From positions 17,918,001-17,982,000 of the forward strand of contig OZ249439.1 of assembly GCA_965235115.1 (NCBI GenBank): 64,000 nt of DNA. The letters are read 5' to 3'. A program made the position numbers and the translations under genes. Under the pieces are notes generated by a model. The model saw nothing but the letters and a program-made list of their open reading frames with translations, was not told the DNA's origin and made no database searches. This DNA comes from Laetmonice hystrix (lineage: Eukaryota). This document shows, piece after piece, positions 25,636 to 36,508 of this stretch (position 1 is its first letter; each line of letters starts with the position of its first letter).

Positions 25636-28398
25636 TTAAAACTTTGACTTTTTTATGCTTATGATGTTCCCCAGTCAAGTAGCCTATACTATAGGCCTAG
25701 GCCTAAGTCACTGTCTCGCCGCTGCGCTAGGGCCTATATTAGCTAAGTTACCCAGCCAATTCCGGTTAATGAACGACCTTATCACAGGTCCTACGATACA
25801 CCTCATGATAAATTACGGAATGAAGAAGAACGATGACGAAGGTTCACGTTTACATATAATGTACTCGACCTTTTATTCAAAAACAACGAGTTGTGACATA
25901 TGTACACCACGTGCACCGAGTTGTCTCACCAGACGCTGGCAATTCCGCACTGATCCGCTAGGGGGCGACGGGTACAACAGACAAACTGGAACGCCTTATT
26001 GGCATGGTTCACTTCTAAACAGCGCTACACCAATTCCTTGATCATCACGTCTATTTGGATCCCATAATATCTGGCAAAATTCATTGTGTATTAGAAAAGT
26101 ATCTGCCACCAAAAAGACATCATTTATTTTACTGATTATCTCGTAGAAAATATCCTTAACTGCTTCCCTATAAAGTTAAAAGGCATTCACGTTTCACAAT
26201 TCTATAAAACAGATAAAAATAGTTTATCCAATGTGTTTGCATTGAATAAATTCAACAAGCAGTGACAATTTTCAAGGAATTGAGGTGACATACGAAAGGA
26301 ATACTACAGAAGATGGTCACATCGGATTTACACGTAGATATGCGTTCGCACGTCTCCATATACATGGCATCATGGTGCTGTGGTCAGCCCATGTCAACTG
26401 GACTGATCCAATCAATGTTCTACCATTAGAATAAGAGAACTGTTAAGGAGGAACTACGAGCAGCACATAGGATGCAAGCAGTTCGAACCAAGCGTCATCT
26501 AGCCACATACGACATTTCTCTCTATCTAAGGCAATAAAGTGGGTGCCAATCACACGGGTTGAAAACCTTTGTGAACATTTAGAGTGAAAACTGAACATTT
26601 AATCTTACTTAGTACAGCCTTGCCTACACTTGGTGTCCATGCATGCCAAAACTGAACACGGAGGTTTATCAGCCACTGGACTATTTATTGCTCATGTTGT
26701 ATAATGTACCCAGTAGTTAGCAAAGGCAAACGTGATTGAGCTACGTTTGGCATCAATGGGCATGGCGACCTGGCATTCATCGATCTCAATATAAAGCGTG
26801 ATATATAAAGATAGGTATAGCATCATAGGCAGAACACCGCCGTGGGCTTGGCTCCCAGCATAGTGACGCGCTCACCATTGTTGAACAGTCTCCCCTGCTA
26901 TAAATATTAGCACCACTCACTTCCTAAACGCAAAAGTGAAAATAAAATAAAGGCCCGGCCGTCATGCAAACACGCTTCCCACGAAGCATACGACTGTTTG
27001 ACAGACTGGCGGGAAACTTCGGTAGGGAAGACCACTCAACATTAGGAGCCTTTTGTGTTACATCAGCACAGCAATGTAATCATTCCTCACACATTTTCTC
27101 CGAAACTCTTCATAAACATACTTCATTCAACACATCTACAATTCATCTACTTTGTATTCTCCTTCCATGAAATTACACCTAGTGACCATATGCTCAGCAA
27201 CATGCCTTCTCGCCATCCAAGTCACAAAGGGTGACTGCCCATTAGTTATATCCTAGGTTTGTCCGCAGTCTAACAGGACTGCAATGTTGGTGCTGCCCTC
27301 TGGCAGTGTGCAGCACAACAAACATGTTCAACGTCGACAGCAGTAGTTCTTACATGTGCATGGTCGGTGATCAACTCGTCGCCAACACTTTCACTCTGCA
27401 CCCCCTCAGAGTAAGATACCCTTCATCAAATAACCAACTACACCAAACAATGAAATTGCAACAATTATAACTTGTTTAAGGGCACCGTGGCGTTGTTAAG
27501 GAGCCCAAGTCTTGATGACAACTGACTGTGAAACTATGTCTACAATTCAAGACCTTGTAGTGTCCCTGACAGGTGTTAGCCTCGTGCACTTCTTTGTATC
27601 CAACAAGACCCATTGTATTACATGTCGTGTAGGCTGTCAGGGGTTGCTAAGGGCTCTACTCTCTACCTGGCCGCTGACGGCAGGACCAAAGATAATGTCT
27701 ACTATACGGAGAAAACTCCGTCCCAGTGTCGCAAGGACACCTAAACGGAATATCCACCACGCCAAAGCGGTATATATACATACTGGGATATACATGTATA
27801 TCATTTTGCTTCTAAATTCTAGCTGAAACAAAGCTGGTCGCTTTATCATTATCATATTGATATATATAGATACTATACAGGCTCATCTGAATTTATATGT
27901 ACAATGCTCTGTGAATGTTTTCCAGAGATGGAGCTAAGTTCCGTTTTTTTTCTTTATACAAAGATAAAATGAGCTTATATTCTAGTCTACATTATATATA
28001 TAATATATTTATCCATAGTACATGAATGGCCCAGCCAAATTATCAATAAAGATGGTGCAAATGATGAATGAATTCTCTACAATGTTTGCATGTGGATGTG
28101 TTTAAATGCGGTGATAGTCAATGCTGGCAAAGTGAGGATGAATTACAGTGGGATGATCCATTCAGGTGGTGTGCCCTATGTCGCTCGTAAATAAGGTTAG
28201 TTGACTAAAACCCATCTGGAATACATTAAATCAAATAAAAGAAAGCTATGCCACAACAAATATAGCACTGCCACAAACGATGGAGATGTAGATTTATGTC
28301 AGAAAAGTAGCACAAGCCGCTAAAAATTACGGAATTGAAATTGTTAAGCCACTTTAAAACGCCATATTTACACAATGGCTGATTAAAAATAGAATTAA

Positions 28399-28414
28399 CC
28401 ACTAGGTGGCGTGC
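28399..28414 (+). promoter_or_regulatory. CTCF-like core motif
   Basis: CCACTAGGTGGCGTGC. Confidence 0.55.
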
Positions 28415-29132
28415 TGATCTAACTACAGCTGCGTCTTCATCACCATACTCTGCGCAGCAGTCGCATAAAACATTTTCTTTGATTCGTGCATTGAATCAGT
28501 CTCTGGGTAGATTAGATGTGGCTAGTTTCCTATCAGTAAATAGCCTATGGCACAAAAACACACCTGAATGAGTCAAACCAAGTGAAGCATGCTGGCATTT
28601 TGCCAAAGGTGTTGGCATCTATTCATGCCGTAAGACACGCTGGTGATGATACTGTACTACATGTATGACCACGGGTGCATCAGGACCGATGCACATCCAT
28701 GTCTTGATTTAATGATAAATGGTGAAGAAAACCAACATAATGGTGTGTACACACACATAACAAGGCACCTGGAGATCGTCTCCAGTGGTAGATCGCACCT
28801 GAAAAAACACAGAAAGTTTACAATTCCCGTCTAAACCCTACCTCAGAGGAGCTGATTATCGGTTTTAGATCCCACATTGGTACTACTTATAGTACGTAGT
28901 TGTTAGAAACAACACTTAGAAACAGCTATCATGTGAAACGCGAGAAATTTCTAGACTTCAAAAACTTCAAGTTCAGTCAAATTTCAGGAGCTGGAACCTT
29001 AGTACAATCTAACTCTTACGAATATAAATTTTAGATGTCACAAGGAAATCACAGAAATCAACTAAAACTATGACAACACATTTAACTACCCCTAGTTATC
29101 CGCCATCTACACTACGGTAGTCAAGAAATCTG

Positions 29133-29146
29133 CCGCCAGATGGCAC
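29133..29146 (+). promoter_or_regulatory. CTCF-like core motif
   Basis: CCGCCAGATGGCAC. Confidence 0.55.
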
Positions 29147-29538
29147 TTTAGTAGCACCAGGTCCTATTTTCTTCATCCAAATACAAAATCCGACTCTGAT
29201 GTACAAAACCCCATGAATGTATGACCTTTACACGTTATATATTTTTCGCATGGACAAAATACTGAGATCATTATCCAATGCTTGTCTCAAACCTAAAACC
29301 TCTGGGGACAGTGCTGCAAGTTTTCACCAGGCACTCTTGTCTTTGAACAGTGCAATGGCTAGATGATAATGCTGTGGAGTGCCAAGAGTGTGTCAAGGAT
29401 TCTCCTTGGTTTCTGTGCCTCAGTGTTGGCCCACAATACTGCTCGTAACGACAAGGCTGTCTTTACACCAACCCCAAAGTCTGTCATTATCTTATAGTAA
29501 TACCCTTTAAAGATTAATATCTTTAATTACTAAGAAAG

Positions 29539-29544
29539 TTTATT
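29539..29544 (-). terminator. Candidate proximal polyadenylation signal of E74
   Basis: First AATAAA I noticed on the minus strand downstream of the stop (~1.1 kb), in an AT-rich stretch with an ATTAAA shortly after. Confidence 0.4.
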
Positions 29545-30614
29545 TGTATGCAAATATTATAGTAAAGTTATATTAAATATATTATTTCAAACTTTGAAAA
29601 ATTGAACAACTTGATGATGCCAAAAAACAAAACTGTATAAAGACGTGGATGCTTGTCGCAAATGGCGAAATTGTTAAGTTGGAAGACCAAAACTTTAAAA
29701 TTATACATTTTTCCAAATTTTCTTTGACAAACTCGGGCAATGTTTTACGGACGAGACCATAGTCGTACCCTCTGCTGGGAACTTGTGAGATGGAAAGCAT
29801 GGTGCATAGTGTGTGACACACCTACACGCAGCCTCTACCCATTATAATTACCGATCATGTCACCACAGTAATGGTGAAACCAGCCTTGTTGTAATCTAAA
29901 GCCTTGCTTGCCATAGTTAGTTAGGTACGGGTAATATCTAATGCTGCCACTGTCACGGAAACCGGCTATCAATGAGGCCAGAGTCAAAAATAGTCCCTTT
30001 CTATAGTTTGTATCAATATGATCTGAACATAATCTTACCCACCCCTTCCCCATGTCTCAACAGTTTGACGTTCCACTACAACTGTCTACACGAGAGTACA
30101 CCAGTCGTCCCATGATTCTGTATGGTGAGACTGGCACTCGGACCTGACTATCTACCAGTGCTGCCCATCTTCTCCATCCCCTGTCATGTGCACTTGAAGG
30201 ATGTCATGATCCTTGTGTCGAGCATAGAAACGTGTTTACTATGTGGCTCTACCAGTCGTCTGGAACGTTCACCCACGTTCAGTCGGTGTTCACGGCCATG
30301 TAACGTTGTGCCTGGTTTCTACTGGTCCACAGCTCGGAGCTGTTGTGTGGGGTTCTCGTGGTGAGGGGTCTGTTGGGTGGCAAGCTGATTTAGGACCACA
30401 CAACCGGTCTCAGATATCGGTAGGGGGGGGGGGGGTCTCCGCCCCCTGACGGCCCCAGAGTGTCTGACCCTCCGTGCGTGGCCCTTTGGTCCCGTCATAT
30501 GACCAGCCGCAGACAGCCACGTGTGCGAGTCGGACATTTCAAAAGTCCTATCTTTGTACCCCCTCGTTTTTTCTCAATGTGTATGTCTGTGTCTGTTCAT
30601 GAGCCGCGCCACGT

Positions 30615-30630
30615 CCACTAGAGGGCAGCA
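30615..30630 (+). promoter_or_regulatory. CTCF-like core motif abutting the E74 stop codon
   Basis: CCACTAGAGGGCAGCA ends at 30630; the minus-strand stop codon occupies 30631-30633. Confidence 0.6.
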
Positions 30631-30739
30631 CTAGGAGTTAGAGCAGTCAATCTCTATGATTCCCTGCGGTACATCAGCAAACTGGTAGACAAGGCGTTGG
30701 CCGTCAACTTTGTTCAAGATCCCACGTGCATAGTAGTAT
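30631..30739 (-). CDS. E74: E74/ELF-class ETS factor, last coding exon (end of ETS domain and stop)
   Basis: Not in the ORF track; translated by hand: cag|A TAC TAC TAT GCA... = (R)[35 protein letters not shown]. Phase 2 matches the preceding exon (AG|A = Arg). The short IIEIDC tail resembles Drosophila E74 rather than the long-tailed vertebrate ELF1/2/4. Confidence 0.96.
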
Positions 30740-31648
30740 CTGCAACACACAAACCAGAAAACAATTAGTCAACTGTTTTAATAATATAATTATCCCACTT
30801 GTCTTTATGATCTCACGTCTTTCTGTCAAAATGTAGGCAGTTTCATGCGAAGGTGTTGGCGTGTTATGTGCTTATGTATGCACAATGATACGTTTTGCAT
30901 GTGGAGTGTGCTCGTAATGACAAAGGGCCTGCAGTGCTGAATGTGTGATCTAAGCCCGGATCAACATGCGTGGTTCAGTATGCGGTACGGGAGACGCGGG
31001 TCCCAGGAAGTCGAGTGGGCCGCCTGGCCTCATGCAGGCCTCCCGCCTAATTGAGCCGAGCACGGGTCCCACCAATGACTTCATGATCAGCTGTGGCGTC
31101 GACCATCCAGGTAGGCGACTTACCTGGCGGCACACCAACAACAGCCCGGCCCCACATGCTCACTGTAACGAGCCGCTAACGAGCTCGGCTCGTGCTGTCT
31201 CGAATCTTAATTAATTGGCCATGTCATATACGTACTCGGCAAATTAACAACTTTGACCTTAGTTGTCTCCCCGTGCCGTCCGCTGAATTTGTACTCGATC
31301 CACATTTGAGCGTTTGTAAACCAACACCCTCGTGTGAATTACTTCAAATCACATGCTTGACTGCATCATGACTCTGTTCACTGGAAGGTTTCCGTACAAA
31401 TACTTGTTATTCTTATTTATTCTTTGTGATATAATACTTCGTACGAAATAACAATATATCGTGGGTTATTGTGTCCTGGGGTTCGTTTCATTAAGACTGT
31501 ACGAGCTCGTATAGTCTTATAATTATAGCTCGTAAACAAGAAATAAATCGCAAATTTTACTATTATGATCTACAGAAAATATGAGTGTTTAGTGAAACGG
31601 TCCCCTGGCTTAAACAAGGAACAGTTTGACGGTGGATATGATATAAAC

Positions 31649-31929
31649 TCAGTGGCATATCCAGGGGTGGTTCCAAGTATCCCGGACCCCCCCCCCCCCC
31701 CTCCCTCCTTAAAAAATTACTATATTAAGGACATTTCGGTGAAAAAGGGGGTGTAAAATGCATTATTTTAACCAAAGGAAACCTTCATATTTCCACACAA
31801 GATGTCCCTGAGATTGCATTATTTGATGTCTTTTTTTTTTATTTCCCAGAGAACCATGGCCTAATGGCCACCTCCGAAGTACCTAAACTTCGGAAACCCC
31901 CCTTAACAAATGTCTGGATAGGCCACTGA
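31649..31929. mobile_element. MITE-like element in the last E74 intron (possibly hAT-type ends)
   Basis: TIRs tcagtggcatatccag / ctggataggccactga (15/16 match), ~280 bp, internal C-run and T-run. No target-site duplication is recognisable. Confidence 0.7.
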
Positions 31930-33175
31930 AGCTATAGCGGTAAGTCTCAAACATGCCGTGTCTTCCATAGTGTGACGACCTGGTCCCGTGACTGACTGGA
32001 CTGGAGGTTGATCTCTGGGTGATCACACCACACTGGACCTACAGCTATAGCCGGCCGCTAGACCGGCGCGTGCCGGGCCACGCACGTTTGACACCTCGAG
32101 TTTACGACTGCACGCACCGTGCATGCTACATGACCGTGTGGTGGCAGGACGTGCATGCGGAAGTATGTAGTGGAATGTGAGCCCCCATCCAACCCACCCA
32201 CCCACCCAGCCGTCCGCCCTCCCACCTACTGCCGGCCGGTGCTGGCAGTGACGGAGGTAAGTGGTTCGTTTTGGACGGCCCCATCTCATCCACACGATCG
32301 TCGTCCACCTGGCAGACCCACCATGCCACTCCTTGGACCACACTCAGGCTCCAATTAATCTGCCTTCATGGCCTATTAATTGTCAGCCTGCATGCCTGAT
32401 AGTCCACTGGCATTGTGGACAGGCCACGTGAGCTGCTTTGCTGATGGCAACAACCATTGTCCCTAATGCCTGCGACACTAACTGATGCCTTTTTGATCAC
32501 TCCTAACTGAATGTGTATGCAAGGTGTGACGGTCCACGCGTCCGAAGCCAGGCATTGGTTTACAAATCAACATGCCTTTTCTGACAATTGCAGAACATGC
32601 TAGGCCATATAATCATTTTATCATTAAGCAACATCCCAATTGACTTCACGTGCATCCTCCATATATCATTGTGAAAACCAGCATCCCTGATGCATACAAA
32701 AAGTTACGGGAGACGTGCACAAACGTGCAGTTTAGGCTGACCCTTTCGGAAAACAACTCCTTTCTTGGCCAGTCGATAAACTTGACAAAGACCCGAACTA
32801 TCGGCGTATGAAAGTGATATCATCGACAGAACCCTCACTATCAGGGCCCCTATAAACCTCTGCTATTTCAACTTCCTTTCCCACTTCCTCTATAAGAGCG
32901 ATCCTGCGATTCGACAGTGTGAACCGAATGACAAAGAATCCACCTTTCTTGTAAGTCAGTTGAGTAAAAACCATCCAACCATTTACACTTCCCAGTTACC
33001 GACATATCTAAATTTAAAGGATTAAGAATTCCTTCAGCTAAGGTCTTTATTTACTCCTCCTCCCCAAAACAAATGCAGAAAAATACAATAAAAACTACTT
33101 ATTTCGAATCATATATCACATTTTCTTCTGATGAAACTTCTATCATTGTACGTTACGTATTAATTATTATCTTAC

Positions 33176-33368
33176 CTTAGAGCTCGACCCATTGTCTCGT
33201 AGTTCATCTCGGGCTTGTTTTTGTGCAGGCCCCAGAGACGGGAAACGGCTTTCGAGTCCACCAGCTTGAAGATGCCCTTCTCTCTATTTGTCCATTTGAT
33301 ATAGCGCGGGCAATAGTCAGCGTTCTGAAGTAACTGCAGCAGAAACTCCCACAGGTACGTCGTGCTAC
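33176..33368 (-). CDS. E74: E74/ELF-class ETS factor, main ETS-domain exon
   Basis: (G)[63 protein letters not shown](R), an ETS domain of the ELF/E74 subfamily. Acceptor tacag|GT, donor AG|gtaag, 193 bp, phase 1-2. Confidence 0.98.
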
Positions 33369-36268
33369 CTGTAACATTGTAATCAAATTGCATCATTAAT
33401 ACGGGAAAGTGAAAAAACACCTTTTTCTATAAACTGTGAATTTGCATTATTATTAAAGCTATTCTGAAATTTATTTTCAAACTTAATTGGCCAATGCAAC
33501 AATTCAAAAGTTAACTATAGCGTGTGCCAAACTGGGAATTTACACAGATAAACGGATAAAACAGCAAAACACACCGGTTTCTTACAAGTCATAAATAACA
33601 GTGAATACACCTCAACATCTGGCATTAACATGCAACTCTATTTCTACATATAATGGCAACAGAGTAAAAATGTTTTCCCATTTTCTCCTGTTCATCTACA
33701 CAACATGTATCAGAGACACACGGCTGTTGTATACGCCAGTGTACAGGGAAGCGATTTTAGACCCATAATAGGGCGTCCTGGTTCAACGACTCACCCAGGT
33801 TATGTCAAGTTATTATGTAGGATCCCGGACAGTTAGCTAATACCATCAGTTACATGACAAACATCACGTAGTTTTGGATTGACCAGTCTGGCTGCACCTT
33901 ATAGATATTACCACGTGCCGGGGTACTGGTATCGGGAAGGGGTTCTGGGGGAAGGCCAACAATACACATTTACAGTCAACTACTTATCATCATGGATTTG
34001 AGAAGCGATCAAGGAGGCTTTCAACCTTCATTGAGAAACTTATTCAACACAGTCCTTTCTATCCCTTGGAATACAGGGGAAAGATTAACGGTACAAAGTA
34101 TAAAAAGCTACTTTTTTCGTTTTAGTACAAATAGGCTAAAATATAGGGTTGAATGCCACATGGTGCCACAAATCACAGAGATTAGTTATTTCGGGTCACA
34201 ACATCCAGAAGCATCGATCAAAATCCGGAGAATCACCTTTTGCCTTCGGTCCCTGATAAGAGGGCCATTGTTTAGGCTACTTCACTGATTACAGCCCGGA
34301 TAAGGAAGTACTTGAATCTCAAGGCCAAACATCTCTCTGCCTCAGCTAGCATGGTACATGTGCATGATCTAGATAATCAGCAGTTATGTACACAACTGGA
34401 TGGAATTCGATGTAGACAATATAATTATCAGTTAGAAGCTAAACTGTTATGTGACAGTCAGACATGTTATGGTGTCAAGTGACCTGATTCTGGCCCTGGC
34501 ACAGCTCACTTTGATTCAATTCGTCATCTTTTTCAGCCAGAGTTCTTTACACAAGGGCATGACTCTTCCAGTCTCATACTGTCTTCACCACTTCATGTGG
34601 AGAACCAAAAGCCAACCAAAAGCCTCCTTTTGGGCTTGACTCCAGAATGCCATTTAACTTTTGATTCTTGGAATAAAGAGATCTCAGATTGCTTGGCCTG
34701 GCCTGACAGTCACCCGTTTCCATCTCTGTAACCACCGACAATGTTTTTTGCCCCCTTCTCACTTCCGACATTTAGGGATGAGAGGCGTCAATGGGAGCGG
34801 CGTCGTCTCCTGACCAAAACATGTAAGGACGCGTCCTTGTTTTTGTGTCCCTGGTCCGATCACCTTTATCATTCAAATCCGGGGTTGACAGTGGGTAAGG
34901 CAGGCCAGGGTCGACATCCCATGTGGGAGTCTCCCTGTCGTCTACCACACCTTTTGTCGGCGCACGGCTCCCACTCAATGTTTATTAACGTTGCAGGGTA
35001 ACCTAGCATGAACACATACAGTTAGTCGGCAATGAATGGCCACTGCCCCAGTAAAGGCACGGATGGAAATGTTGGTGTCGACTCCAGAGTTCCTGTCTCA
35101 TTCACCTCCGCCCCATTCAAACAAGCGCTGCTTGTGCTCCTCCTCTCCCAAGATACAGCCCACATAAAGAACGCCATTTTACCATAAGTACGCGTCACTT
35201 TGGTATGGACAATCCCAGAAGCAATGTCCAAAATATGCTCCCTCAGGTTTCTTTATCCTTGTCCACTGCACACGTATCAACCCTAAGGGCAAACCTTTCC
35301 ACCCCTTAATTACCACGGGTTTACATGCAGTGGCCTATAGCATCAAACTCTTTTAAAACCTGCGAAACTTTTCTCAGTACTGAACAGAAAACGCTTTATG
35401 TTTTTTACACCTTTTTTTTTTTAAATTTGTAAACTCCTCGAAAAGATTCTTTTAAAGTTTAGGAATGATTCAGGGCAGGATGTATGGATCCATTAATTAC
35501 GACATCTATCTACAAAGGAAGTATTTTGACAGGTTCGCGGTACTTTCAATACCGGATTCCAAACCAAATTTACTTTCGGCTAGGTCACGAAGCACCGACT
35601 GCCCATGACGGTGAAAACATGCTTGACAAATGAAATGCGAGATCTGACCAAATAGCGTGCCCTTCTATCAAATCTACAAAGTCTATGCCTCATGTTGACA
35701 AACTGGCGTTGTCTCTGTAGCCTAAAAACTGTCAGTAACTGTATCAGCAGCTAACAATATCCGACACCCAGCCCCATAATATACAGACTGTCCTCATACG
35801 GAATGATGATGCCTGTATCCAACAGATACACCCACACTGACAATACAAGAAACAGTCCCTATCACGCACCTTCTCGTCTCCTTTTTGTGTGTGTGATTGG
35901 TCCATCATTGGGTTTGGGCTTTCGGCCTGGAAAATGTGAAACATTGAACGAATGAACTACCCGGTACTGAAATAAGTAATGCCACAGCTATAATTCCTAA
36001 ACACCTTATGGTATTATTTAATTTTTTTTTTATTTTAAATCCAGAAATTGTTAACGGACTTGGTAAGAAGGTATCTGACAGGTGAAGCCAAATAGAAGTG
36101 TGAACCACATGGCTTAACCTTCCACCTTTGCCTCTAGTGTACCCGGTACTTCAGTTTTAGTATGAATCTAAAATCTAACAGGAACAATGGCAGGAACTTC
36201 TAAAAAGTTATTTGTTTAATTTGCTTTCGTCACATTAGTCATCCAAATTCACATCAAAATGACCTTAC

Positions 36269-36508
36269 CCTTTTTACTTTTATGTGGCGGTGTAGATGGG
36301 GGTGTAGATAGTTGTTCTACAGTTGTTGGCAGGGCGGTATGATGAGGATGGTGGTGGATGTGGCCATGGGGATGATGGACGTGGCCATGATGGTGGTGGG
36401 CGTGGCCATGACTATGATGGGCAGGGCTGAGCATCGCCATTGACATCAAGTGGTGTGGACTGGTGGGTGTAGACGGCAGCTGCGCCAGCAATGACGGATG
36501 CAGCGACT
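36269..36508 (-). CDS. E74: E74 His/Pro-rich exon preceding the ETS domain
   Basis: (E)SLHPSLLAQLPSTPTSPHHLMSMAMLSPAHHSHGHAHHHHGHVHHPHGHIHHHPHHTALPTTVEQLSTPPSTPPHKSKK(G). Acceptor ttgacag|, donor G|gtaagg, 240 bp, phase 1-1; joins in frame to give [13 protein letters not shown]. Confidence 0.9.

Noticed and set aside
26480-26495. GTTCGANNC B-box-like motifs (also ~11136 and ~38953)
   Set aside because: No A-box at the proper distance and no cloverleaf, so no tRNA or tRNA-derived SINE is called.
28484-28497. cGTGCAtTGAAtc resembling the hsp27 ecdysone response element
   Set aside because: Two mismatches, isolated and downstream of the gene. I found no perfect IR1 (AGGTCAnTGACCT) in the E74 locus.
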